From: a virus | Taxonomy: Duplodnaviria > Caudoviricetes | Length of the DNA: 64,000 nucleotides | Strand: one strand, 5' to 3' | Virus record (IMG/VR): IMGVR_UViG_3300031867_000027 | Span: 28,752-92,751 of that record | The notes under the pieces: generated by a model | Seen by the model: only the letters and a program-made list of their open reading frames with translations | Database searches by the model: none | Told to the model about the DNA's origin: nothing | Shown: in pieces, positions 26,508-36,178 of the stretch | Layout of the letters: each line of letters opens with the position of its first letter | Position numbering within the stretch: the first letter of the stretch is position 1 | Program-made: the position numbers and the translations under genes

Positions 26508-27847
26508 TAGCTTCTATTGAGTTGCAGGTTATATCTAAGATACTGACCTCAGATGATCCACAGGAAGTCGAAACGCTCTGCGAGTTCGATGATTCATACT
26601 ACTCTTTGTTCAAACCGCATATACAGTTTATCCTGAAACATAAGGATAAGTACGGTAAAGTTCCGGATCCGTTCACATTCCAGTCAGAGTTTATGGATTT
26701 CAACACTGTTGCTGTCCGTGAGTCTATGGATTATCTCACTGAGCAGATGCGTAAGAATAAGCGGCATATTCTTATGACTGAGACATTTAACCAGCTCAAA
26801 GATATGGGATCTGATGACATAGATGTAGCTTGGCAGTATCTGAGACTTCAGTGCGAAAAAGTGGATGAGTTGGATTCTACTCAGCCATTGGATATTGTTC
26901 ACGATGCTCAGAAACGTGGTAGTCAAGTTATAGAGTACAGTCAGCAATCAAGAATACCTACAGGATTTCCGGAGATTGACAAGGCTATGTATGGTGGACT
27001 GTCCACCGTAGAAGAACTACTTGTCCTTGTAGCGAGGACGAATTCCGGAAAGTCGTGGATTGCATCTAAAATGATGGAAACCGCACAGAAGAACGGTTTC
27101 CCCGTGTTATACTATTCACCGGAAATGCAAGCAAGTTATCTTGGTACAAGATTCGATACGTGGCGTGGTCATTTTTCCAACTCCCAGATTCATCAAGGTA
27201 ATTATACTGAGCAGTATTATGACTACCTTAAAAAACTGCAAGAGGAAGATGCAAGTGCTTTTGTATTAGAAGATAAAGACGCTCCGGATGGAAATGTTAA
27301 TGTGCCGTTGTTGAAACGTTTTGTCCGGAAAAATAAGATAAAGCTGGTAGTCATTGATGGCCTTTCATATATGGAAGATGCGAAGGGTAAGAGGGGAGAC
27401 ACGGACTCCATTAAGTATAAGAACTTGTGCGCAGACCTCTTTCAGATGAGTAAACAGTGTGGCTGTGCTGTTGTAGTTATTCTTCAAGCAAACAGAGCTA
27501 CGAAGGATAACAAGGATGATAAGGGTGAGGTGTTCCCCAACATTTACAACATTGAAGGTTCGGATCACCCAGCGAGAATCGCTACTCAGGTATTTGCGAT
27601 GAGACAGATATTTGATAAGCACGTTCTTGATATCCGCTTAGAGAAGTCAAGAAATGCTAATAATCAGAAACCTGAGTTCTCATATGCTTGGGATATTAAC
27701 ACAGGTAACGTTCAGTATCTTGCAAGTGAAGCTGATATTGTAGGTTCAAGCGGTGTTCCTACGGTCAACGCTGCGCTTAATGTACCGAACGTAGCCGCTC
27801 AGACCGCAGATATATCTCTTGATGATTCTGACGATCTAAGGTGGTGA
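26504..27847 (+). CDS. dnaB: DnaB-like replicative helicase
   Basis: IPTGFPEID, ARTNSGKS, YSPEM, VVIDG, QANR, KSRN. Confidence 0.9.
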   Translation: MIASIELQVISKILTSDDPQEVETLCEFDDSYYSLFKPHIQFILKHKDKYGKVPDPFTFQSEFMDFNTVAVRESMDYLTEQMRKNKRHILMTETFNQLKDMGSDDIDVAWQYLRLQCEKVDELDSTQPLDIVHDAQKRGSQVIEYSQQSRIPTGFPEIDKAMYGGLSTVEELLVLVARTNSGKSWIASKMMETAQKNGFPVLYYSPEMQASYLGTRFDTWRGHFSNSQIHQGNYTEQYYDYLKKLQEEDASAFVLEDKDAPDGNVNVPLLKRFVRKNKIKLVVIDGLSYMEDAKGKRGDTDSIKYKNLCADLFQMSKQCGCAVVVILQANRATKDNKDDKGEVFPNIYNIEGSDHPARIATQVFAMRQIFDKHVLDIRLEKSRNANNQKPEFSYAWDINTGNVQYLASEADIVGSSGVPTVNAALNVPNVAAQTADISLDDSDDLRW

Positions 27848-27851
27848 ATCT

Positions 27852-28844
27852 ATGGTAGACGTAGTAGAGGTTTTAGATAAGCTTGAATTCTATGGGCTTC
27901 TGAAACAAAGTAAGCGTGTAGGGAACTATATGCAGATACACTGTCCGTTTCACGGTAACGGTCAAGAGAAGAAGCCATCCTGCGGTGTGTTGCTTGTAGA
28001 TGAAGTTCGTGCCGGAAAGAAGTACCCAAAAGGCTTCTTCCATTGCTTTGCCTGCTCTTATGCTAAAACGCTGGAGCAGGCTGTGAGCGATATGTTGAAG
28101 CAACAGAACATACAACAATCCGGGGTAGAATGGCTTACTGAGAACATTCCCGGCTTTGAGGTGGCAGATGATAGTGATGATCTTATATCTATGGATACTA
28201 TGGATGCCCTTATGGGTAAGTATGCAGTAGATTATATCAATTTGCTATCTCAGAAGAAACCTGAGTATATCACTGAGGAAGAACTTGCTAAATATAGATA
28301 TACAGTACCATATATGTATGAGCGCAAGCTGACCGATGAGATAATCGAGAAGTATGATATTGGCTTTGATGCTAATTGGATTCCTCCGGGAAGGAAGAAA
28401 CCAGTTCCGTGTATAACTTTTCCTGTGCGAGATATGTATGGCAATACCTTATTCTTCTGCCGTAGAGCTATTGCTACTAAGTTGTTTAACTATCCGCAAG
28501 GTGTAGTTAAACCTGTTTACGGCATATACGAACTACCAAAGGATTGTAAATCCGTAGTGGTGTGTGAGAGCTGCTTCAACGCTCTCACATCAGTTCGATA
28601 TGGCAGACCTGCGGTAGCTTTATTGGGTACTGGTAATACATATCAGATAAACCAATTGAAACAATTAGGTGTCAATGAGTTCATATTAGGGTTTGACCCT
28701 GACGATGCCGGAAGAAGGGCTACGGAGAAGCTTAAAAAAGCATTACGAAGTGTAGCTATTGTGTGGTCCTTTGATGGTATCCCAGAAGGTAAGGATATAA
28801 ATGATTTGACCGAAGATGAGTTCAATCAGCTGGAATTAATATGA
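27852..28844 (+). CDS. dnaG: DNA primase (CHC2 zinc finger plus TOPRIM)
   Basis: CPFH..FHCFAC; VCES; FDPDDAG; KDIND. Confidence 0.9.
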   Translation: MVDVVEVLDKLEFYGLLKQSKRVGNYMQIHCPFHGNGQEKKPSCGVLLVDEVRAGKKYPKGFFHCFACSYAKTLEQAVSDMLKQQNIQQSGVEWLTENIPGFEVADDSDDLISMDTMDALMGKYAVDYINLLSQKKPEYITEEELAKYRYTVPYMYERKLTDEIIEKYDIGFDANWIPPGRKKPVPCITFPVRDMYGNTLFFCRRAIATKLFNYPQGVVKPVYGIYELPKDCKSVVVCESCFNALTSVRYGRPAVALLGTGNTYQINQLKQLGVNEFILGFDPDDAGRRATEKLKKALRSVAIVWSFDGIPEGKDINDLTEDEFNQLELI

Positions 28845-28851
28845 TGAAGGA

Positions 28852-29175
28852 GTGAGATGCAAAATGAATATTATGGATAATGAGTATTCAAATGAGTTTG
28901 ATAAGCTCCGTAGGAATCGTGTAGAGGTCAGCTATTACAAATACGGTCCTGTACGAGATAACTTTGCATCCGGTAGGGTTGATGCTATCGGTAGTCTTGA
29001 ACTCTGCCTTGAGAAGTTCAAAAAGACCCACAATACGGAGTACCTGCTCGACGTTGCTAATTATGCTATGTTTAGATATATGTACCCTTTACCCGGTGAG
29101 TTCTTCAAACAAACTGATAGTTCTGAAAGTGCAGGTACTATTGGTACGCCTATCAATATGGAGCGTGATTATTAA
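28852..29175 (+). CDS. conserved phage hypothetical protein
   Basis: YYKYG...NTEYLLDVANYAMF. Confidence 0.7.
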   Translation: MRCKMNIMDNEYSNEFDKLRRNRVEVSYYKYGPVRDNFASGRVDAIGSLELCLEKFKKTHNTEYLLDVANYAMFRYMYPLPGEFFKQTDSSESAGTIGTPINMERDY

Positions 29176-29501
29176 TGACAAATACTGTGTTGATTAAGTG
29201 GGATACCGGAGAGCTGGAATTAGATATGACCTGCTTCATTGATGATATGCCTGATAAATTTAAGTGTGAACGTATAGCTACTTTAGCGAAGGAATCCGAT
29301 AGAAATTATGGTACATCTGTTGTTCCGGAACTACAACGGTACTGTTCTGACTTCATACAGAATATGGATCATATTTATACGGATAAAAGAGCAACGACTA
29401 AGTGGAAGAAACAAATTAAGCAATTCACAGCTTTTCTGCTTGAACCCTTACCTCAGCCGAAACCACAGATTGTAAAGCTTAAATCTATACGGTTGTTCTG
29501 A
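29175..29501 (+). CDS. hypothetical protein ending KSIRLF
   Basis: ORF coupled to upstream stop. Confidence 0.7.
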   Translation: MTNTVLIKWDTGELELDMTCFIDDMPDKFKCERIATLAKESDRNYGTSVVPELQRYCSDFIQNMDHIYTDKRATTKWKKQIKQFTAFLLEPLPQPKPQIVKLKSIRLF

Positions 29502-29507
29502 AAGAAG

Positions 29508-29783
29508 GTGGTCTGTGTGGATATTAATGTGAACGGATCTGATTTTGGAGCAGTAGTCAATTGTGCTGTAAGATATGCTGTCGGTAGAGCTACCTATATG
29601 CCTCATCTTGTAGTGGATTTTATAACTCCGATACTGTCAGAACTTGATGATACTACATTATTTGTTATGCGTAGGGATATTGAAGAATCAGATAGTTTAG
29701 GTGATCCGAGGATAGATGCTCCGAAATGGAGAAAGCTTTTGCTTGACATTAATCTTGAATTATTGCATCAAGCAAAAAAGTGA
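29508..29783 (+). CDS. hypothetical protein
   Basis: AVRYAVGRATYMP motif typical of small phage proteins. Confidence 0.7.
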   Translation: MVCVDINVNGSDFGAVVNCAVRYAVGRATYMPHLVVDFITPILSELDDTTLFVMRRDIEESDSLGDPRIDAPKWRKLLLDINLELLHQAKK

Positions 29784-29872
29784 AATCATCAATCGTTATT
29801 ATATATAGCAGCAGATACAATTGCTGTTATCATATCAAAATTACTAACATATCGAAAGGAAAGTGATTAATT

Positions 29873-30571
29873 ATGGCATTTAAGAGTGTCGCAGAAATCA
29901 AGGCTACAAAGTATGATGGTAAGTTCATACTTGAAAACGATGGGGATTATGCTGATGTAATATTCCTCTATCGTTCTGCTGAGGAGGTCGTAGCCGCAGA
30001 TGTTCACTACATCAAGTCCTCTGATTACAATGGATATGTACACTGTCTTGGTAATGGCTGTCCTGCTTGTCTTAAGAACATCAGAACTCAGACAAAAATG
30101 TTCGTACCGCTGTATGTTCGGTCATTGAATGGTAATCCTGTAAATGAACTTCAGTTCTGGGATAGAACATTGAAGTTTGAACCACAGCTTCAGACAGATC
30201 TCTTTAAGAAGGTACCGAAGCCCTCAGAGTATGTCTGCCGCATTACAAGAAATGGAGTTCACGGTGATGTCAACACACGCTACGCTATAACTCTTGTTGC
30301 TAATAACAAGGATATGCCTTATGACAAGGTTATGTCTGACAATAATACCAAGTTCCCGGACTTCTATGAGCATATCTGCAAGGAAGTTGATGCAGTTGTT
30401 CTGAATGCTTGGCTTGCTAACAGTGAGGGTGCATCCGTGAATACAGCTCTTCCTGACTATGTGGCTACACCCAGAGTAAGCGCAGCCGTAGCTCCGGTAG
30501 AAGTACCTGCTTCTGTTGAACTTCCTAATACGGATACGGATGAGATTACAGAAGAAGTAGACTTTGATTAA
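29873..30571 (+). CDS. single-stranded DNA-binding protein (gp32-like)
   Basis: HY..., CLGNGCPAC, ITRNG...TRY, acidic tail EEVDFD; precedes polymerase. Confidence 0.7.
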   Translation: MAFKSVAEIKATKYDGKFILENDGDYADVIFLYRSAEEVVAADVHYIKSSDYNGYVHCLGNGCPACLKNIRTQTKMFVPLYVRSLNGNPVNELQFWDRTLKFEPQLQTDLFKKVPKPSEYVCRITRNGVHGDVNTRYAITLVANNKDMPYDKVMSDNNTKFPDFYEHICKEVDAVVLNAWLANSEGASVNTALPDYVATPRVSAAVAPVEVPASVELPNTDTDEITEEVDFD

Positions 30572-30578
30572 TTAACAA

Positions 30579-30622
30579 AATCCCACTACATAATAGTATA
30601 TCCACTACTTGTAGTGGGATTT
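30579..30622 (+). terminator. stem-loop after SSB
   Basis: AAATCCCACTACA...TGTAGTGGGATTT. Confidence 0.55.
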
Positions 30623-30641
30623 CATTATTACAGGGAAGGTG

Positions 30642-32015
30642 ATGACAATGGGGCTTTTTAGTAAAGTCCAAATGGAACAGATAAACGCAGCCGCAAAGAA
30701 GTGTACGCAGGTCACTGAGCCTAAGAAGAAGAAAACCAGCGCAAAATTCATCAACTCAAAGGTAGATGCTATGTCTGCTAAGGTTATTGAGCACTTCAAA
30801 GACTCAACTGCGGAACTGATAACATCGGTAGACCAACTTCACGATTATATCACCAAAATGTGTGAAGCTGGGATAGGTGCTATAGATACCGAGACTACCG
30901 GCCTTGACAGAATACAGGATACTATTGTGGGTGTATCACTATATTATCCCTGTGGTGTTGAGTGCTACATTCCCATAAAGCATATCATTCCTATATTTGA
31001 AGAGCCATATAAGGATCAGCTTACATATGAGCAGGTCGGAATAGAATTACAAAGGTTAGTAGATAGTAAATGCAAACTTATATTTGCAAATGCGGACTTT
31101 GACCTTGCAATGATATTCAAAGACCTCAAGGTAGATCTGATTCCGGTATGCTTTTATGATGTTATTTTGGCGTGGCGTTGTATCAAAGAGAACGAGAAGG
31201 ATAATTCTCTTAAAGGTCTGTATACAAAGTATGTTGTCAAGGGTGCTATAGATAGGATGAAGTTCTCAGATTTCTTTACACCCGAATTGTTCCCATACTG
31301 CAAACCCTCAGTTGCAAAGCTCTATGCCGCTGCTGATGCTAAGTATACATATGATCTTTTTGTATGGCAGTTACCTTATCTTCAGAAAGACAATCCTAAG
31401 TGTCAGAAGCATCATCTTGAAGCGATTGCTGACCTTGTATGGGGGTTGGAACTGCCGCTTATAGCAGTTACACAGAATATGCATCGGAGAGGTGTGTATC
31501 TGGAATCATCGGTAGCAGATATGCTTAATGTGAAGTATAAGGCTTTGCTTGCTAAAGAACAGAGCGATATACAGGATAGCTTGAAGTCATATATGGATGA
31601 TACTCAGTATTATACATCTGTGAAATGTCCATTTGGCGACTATAGCAACTTCAACCCTAATAGCACTCAACACGTTCAGTGGGTTGTTTATGATTTGCTG
31701 AAACTTGACAGTAAGGGTAATGGCAGAAGCACCGATAAGGACGTATTAGGTCAGTTTAGTACACCTATAATCAAGCAGATACTTCATTATCGTAGTTTAG
31801 TTACCCTTATAGGTACATTTGTAGAAAAGCTGCCAATTGTTGCTGATTCAACACCTGATCACAAAATTCACTGTGAATTTAAGCAGGCAGGAACCGATAC
31901 CGGCCGATATTCTTCACGGGATCCTAATATGCAGAACATACCTTCTCGACAAGGCGATATCCGTAGAATGTTTAGAGCAACACCGGGATATGTAATGATG
32001 TCCTCAGACTACAGT
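30642..32015 (+). CDS. polA: family A DNA polymerase exon 1 (3'-5' exonuclease, up to motif A DYS)
   Basis: DTETTG, TGRYSSRDPNMQNIP, IRRMF, SSDYS. Confidence 0.92.
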
Positions 32016-32413
32016 TGACTGTTGGCGGTAGTCTTTAATCTAAACTCGGCTAATTCGATGAAAGCCTTGGGATTGTTTATTGGTTCACGCCCAAGTGTCA
32101 ATATCGAGCAAGGCAGAGTAAAATCTGCCGTGTGGAGAGACTATCAAAAGCTATAAATTCTCCGTTTAGAGAAATCTATAAATACTGCCGATACGCATAT
32201 TGGACGTATGTATGCGGTAGGGAGAGTTGAGAATAAGGCAGTAGCGATACTGCACGAAGCAAGTAGAGTACAGCTCATATTGAGTTAGTGTATAGATGAT
32301 ATTAGTCTATTGTAAATCTATTAAATGGAAACACCGAGTACATTGTGTGAGTGGTAACAGCTTTACAGTGTAAAGAGTTAGTCCGATCCCTATGGTAACA
32401 TAGGAAATCAACG

Positions 32414-32484
32414 ATAACCTGTTGGATAATAACTTGTTGAATAATAACCTGTTGTGAGTTATCTTGTTGCATTTAACCTTATAT
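32414..32484 (+). repeat. 15-bp-period imperfect repeat (ATAACCTGTTG) x4 plus late promoter motif
   Basis: Units at 32414, 32429, 32444, 32459; AACCTTATAT at 32475. Confidence 0.85.
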
Positions 32485-32504
32485 GTATATTGAGGTGATG
32501 CTAT

Positions 32505-33239
32505 ATGGTTATATATACCATAACAAACAAGATTAACGGAAAAAAGTATGTAGGTCGTACAGTGATGTCTATAAATTTACGTATAGATGGTCACAGAGCC
32601 GCATACAATCAGGGTGTACGCTATAAGTTGTATGATGCTGTGCGAGAAGCAGGTGGTTGGTATAACTTTGAGGTTGAAGTTATTGATTCATCTGCTAAAA
32701 CCGAAGAAGAGTTGAATGCACTTGAAGCGTATTACATTGAGAAGTTTGACTCCATTAACAATGGATATAATATGATTCCGGGTGGAGATTATAACCCAAT
32801 GGATTACCCTGAGATTTCTGAAAAGCACGATGCAAAAATGCGAACACCCAAAGTACGAAATCAGATATCTGAATCTATGACAAATTATCGTAAGGATCAT
32901 CCGTTCGATTATAAGCATAGGGTGGGTATTTCTGAGAATAAACGGAGTTTTTATGCATCAGAAGCAGGTCAGGCACTTTTAGCAAAACAAAAAGCTGATC
33001 ATGATGCTAAAAGGAAGATATTGCAGGAACAAGGCAAGAAACCTTCAAATAAACGCAGCGTGTATTGTGTAGATGAATCCGGCAATATAGTTGCAAAATT
33101 TCAATCTATGCAGGAAGCTGCTCGATGGTGGGATTCGATTAATAAAGTATGTACAACCTTAGATGGCTATACCTCTAAGATTAGGCGTTCTTGTCAACAG
33201 AATAAGTATTATCACGGGTTAAAATGGCAATACGAATAA
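32505..33239 (+). CDS. intron-encoded GIY-YIG homing endonuclease
   Basis: VIYTITNKINGKKYVG..R...E..YI...NGYN; NUMOD-like C-terminus. Confidence 0.9.
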   Translation: MVIYTITNKINGKKYVGRTVMSINLRIDGHRAAYNQGVRYKLYDAVREAGGWYNFEVEVIDSSAKTEEELNALEAYYIEKFDSINNGYNMIPGGDYNPMDYPEISEKHDAKMRTPKVRNQISESMTNYRKDHPFDYKHRVGISENKRSFYASEAGQALLAKQKADHDAKRKILQEQGKKPSNKRSVYCVDESGNIVAKFQSMQEAARWWDSINKVCTTLDGYTSKIRRSCQQNKYYHGLKWQYE

Positions 33240-33263
33240 TATTGTTAATTGATTTAATCAGAA

Positions 33264-33470
33264 CAACAAGAACCTAAACTAACAGCATATGTATCGCAAG
33301 AACCCAAAATGATAGATACATTCAAGAAGGGTAAGGATATATATGCTACCATTGGATCTATTGCATTCAATGTTCCCTATGAGGACTGTTTAGAGTTTCA
33401 TCCGGTAACACATGAGTATCAGCCAGAGGGTAAACTCAGGAGAACAAGAAGCAAACCAATGGTATTGGGT
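33264..33470 (+). CDS. polA: polA exon 2
   Basis: QQEPKLTAYVS...KDIYA...RTRSKPMVLG (motif B first half), 69 codons. Confidence 0.88.
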
Positions 33471-33979
33471 AGACCAAGTGTTTATGCCCCCTCAGTAGGT
33501 AGTCTTACAATAATAACTGCTGAGTGAAAATTTTGTGAACCCCATTACTCAGGGGTGTACAGTAGTATTACTGTGCTAACAGGGAAGCCTTATTATTAAG
33601 TTAAAGGTAATCCTGTGCCAAGTCTTTGAATCTCATATTTTTAATGAGGAGGTGATATATAATGGCTAAGACATTTAGAGTTTATATTATAACCAATACG
33701 GTTAATGATATGAAATATGTCGGTGTTACAAGTTAATCATTAAAAGAGCGATTTAGACAACATAAAGCGAGTGCTATGCTTAGATGTTCTAAAAGTCTTA
33801 TACATCAAGCCAGTAGTACACATAAGATTTGTAAGGCATATGGTTATACTTGGAGATTCAAAGAAAGGTCAATCGACTAATTATTAGGGTAGAAGATGAG
33901 TTGCTATCCGAAGCGCAAAAAACCCTTGTAAGACGGGGTTATGATATAGTCAGTGCCATTAGAAATAATGGAATAAACG
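33471..33979 (+). mobile_element. group I intron 2 in polA motif B
   Basis: P1 GGGT/GCCC; IGS GTTTAT pairs exon ATAAAC; P7 GACTA/TAGTC; terminal G; splicing restores VLG-INYG. Confidence 0.92.
33662..33880 (+). pseudogene. degenerate GIY-YIG endonuclease in intron 2
   Basis: GAGGAGGTG RBS; VYIITNTVNDMKYVGVTS*SLKERF.QH joined to YGYTWRF; TAA at 33734-33736. Confidence 0.8.
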
Positions 33980-35008
33980 ATAAACTATGGGATGCAAGGT
34001 AAAGCCCTTGGTGAGAAGATATTCGGAGATGATGATTCCATATCTGAGGAAGAAAAGACTAAGCAGGCTAATAAGGTCTTTGATGCTGTAATGGCAGGAT
34101 TTCCTGTGCTCAAACAAGCTATTGCAAATTGCAAAGCAAGAGCAAAGCAGATTGGCTATACCGAAACTATTCTCGGTAGACGTAGACATTTTCCTAACTT
34201 GCGAATGCCTCGCTTTGAGTTCAAAGCAGAGGATGGGTATATCAATCCGGATATAAACCCTCTTGATCCTACTACGCTTGATGCTAAAGATGATATTCCT
34301 GAGCGAATTCAGAAAGCCTTGTATAAGGAATTAGTATCTTATAAATACAATGGTCAGGTATACAAGCGAATCAGACAGTTGCACGAACAGGAACACATAA
34401 AGGTGTTTAATAATTCATCTAAGATAGCAGAGTCTGAGAGAGAATCTTGGAATGCCGTAATACAAGGATCAGCGGCCGATCTTACAAAGATGGCTATGCT
34501 TAGACTTGAAACAGATCCGGAGTGGCAGGAGATAGGTGGTAGGCTTATACTTCCTGTTCACGATGAGCTTATAGTTGAGGTACCCTTTGAGCATAGGGAG
34601 AAGGGTGCTGAGATATTAAAACGCTCAATGGAACAAGCCGGAAGTTTCTTACCATTCCCCATTAGCTGTGATATAGAAATGACCTTTAGATGGTATGGTT
34701 TAGAGGTAGATGATATACTGTCTTTCGATGCACCAACATCTATGGATTTTGATAATATGTCAGAATCAAATATCAAGTGGTTACAGAGTCGTTTATTTGA
34801 GCAGGGATATGTTATGCCTGTGTTTAAGAATGAGGATGGCTCTAAGCCTATAGGTATCGCTGCTAAGGGTATCAACGGCAAGCTGTCAGATGAACTTAAA
34901 TCTGCCTATGCAGATTATATACAGAAGTATGGTCTGACTTCTGATGAGCAGTTTATTCATCATATAGATACACTTGTATGTACAGGTATAGCTGAAAAAC
35001 TGCAATAA
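33980..35008 (+). CDS. polA: polA exon 3
   Basis: INYG, ETILGRRR, NAVIQGSAAD, VHDEL. Confidence 0.92.
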   Translation: MNYGMQGKALGEKIFGDDDSISEEEKTKQANKVFDAVMAGFPVLKQAIANCKARAKQIGYTETILGRRRHFPNLRMPRFEFKAEDGYINPDINPLDPTTLDAKDDIPERIQKALYKELVSYKYNGQVYKRIRQLHEQEHIKVFNNSSKIAESERESWNAVIQGSAADLTKMAMLRLETDPEWQEIGGRLILPVHDELIVEVPFEHREKGAEILKRSMEQAGSFLPFPISCDIEMTFRWYGLEVDDILSFDAPTSMDFDNMSESNIKWLQSRLFEQGYVMPVFKNEDGSKPIGIAAKGINGKLSDELKSAYADYIQKYGLTSDEQFIHHIDTLVCTGIAEKLQ

Positions 35009-35065
35009 ACCAATCGTTATTATATGTGAGGGGGGTAGGATTACATCTACCTCCCAGAAAGGAAT

Positions 35066-36178
35066 TTGATAATTATGAAGTTTACAGTATCAACAAAGCC
35101 ACTCAAGGTAGCGGCTAACCTTGCTATCATCAAGGAAAATGTGTCAAAGCTCTATCAGAGATCTATTCTTTTGCAGCTCTCCGCTGATAAGACAGATCTC
35201 AGAATCAACACAGAGAGCAATTCTATCTTTTCAGAAGTAGTGCTCAAGGGAACAGGTGAAGGTGAACCCAGTACGGTACTTATAGACAATCTGCTCTTTA
35301 AGGATCTTATATCTACTATCAATACTCCGCAGGTGACTATTGACTTCACAGCTAATGGTATAACTCTTATTGCCGGGAAATCAACATATGCGCTCCCTAA
35401 GATTATGGATAGTGATGAGATTCAGTTGGTATCACCTGATAAGGTTGAGAATCTGGATTCCGCAGTAGATGTTGATCGAAACGGTTGGAAGTTCATCAAG
35501 GCACACCAGTTGTTCGCTATGGCTACTTCTACATCTAATCCGGTATATAACTACGTATGGACCGGTGATTCTGATGTTATTGTAGGTGACTACGTAAATA
35601 GTCTGTTCACGCATTCAGAGTCCGGTCAGATGGAAAAGCCTTGCCTGCTTTCAGAGTCCATCATCAATCTGCTTGTATCTATGCCTGATGATGCTAAGAT
35701 GATAGCTCACGGAGATAGCTATACCGTACTTGTAAAGTCGGATAGCTATGAGTATACTGCTCAGTTTAAGCCGCTCTATGAATCGGAGGAGAATGGTAAT
35801 TATAATGCTCCAATCATACTTGATATGATGACTGCTGATGATAGCAACGGCATTATTGTCAATGGGGATGAGATTATATCTGCATTGAATCAGGCACTTC
35901 TTCTTGCTGATACTAAGGTGCATAACATATCATTTATCGTATCCAGTGAAGGTGTAAGAATCAAGGATAACAGAGTGGATTGCTTTATAGCACCGGAGAA
36001 TGAAGTGAATGTAGATACATATGAACTTACATTCAATCCTAATGTGTTGAAAGCAGTTATCTCTGCTTGCCCGGAGTCCATTATTAAGATATGCCCCACG
36101 TTTGCAGATGATGAAGTAGTCGGTATTCTTGTAGTTGATAAGGCGATGACCGTAGTGCTCGGAGGACTTGAATCATAA
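35066..36178 (+). CDS. dnaN: sliding clamp (DNA Pol III beta-like)
   Basis: About 370 aa acidic protein, MKFTV..., three-domain pattern, FNPNVL; next to clamp loader. Confidence 0.7.
   Translation: MIIMKFTVSTKPLKVAANLAIIKENVSKLYQRSILLQLSADKTDLRINTESNSIFSEVVLKGTGEGEPSTVLIDNLLFKDLISTINTPQVTIDFTANGITLIAGKSTYALPKIMDSDEIQLVSPDKVENLDSAVDVDRNGWKFIKAHQLFAMATSTSNPVYNYVWTGDSDVIVGDYVNSLFTHSESGQMEKPCLLSESIINLLVSMPDDAKMIAHGDSYTVLVKSDSYEYTAQFKPLYESEENGNYNAPIILDMMTADDSNGIIVNGDEIISALNQALLLADTKVHNISFIVSSEGVRIKDNRVDCFIAPENEVNVDTYELTFNPNVLKAVISACPESIIKICPTFADDEVVGILVVDKAMTVVLGGLES

Larger units (their letters stand above)
32016..33263 (+). mobile_element. group I intron 1 in polA motif A, with GIY-YIG HEG
   Basis: P1 GACTACAGT/GCGGTAGTC with U.G; P3 ACTCGG/CCGAGT; P7 GAGACTA/TAGTCC; splicing restores DYS-QQEPK. 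Confidence 0.88.

Noticed and set aside
32414-32484. CRISPR array (also considered for 16861-16900 and 47400-47499)
   Set aside because: Units are 11-21 bp with no unique spacers; the Cas4-like gene sits in a replication context with no other cas genes.
33309-33527. Independent 72-aa gene in the ORF track
   Set aside because: It is polA exon 2 running into intron 2.
30639-35008. polA as a pseudogene or frameshifted gene
   Set aside because: Group I core elements and exact motif restoration explain the breaks.
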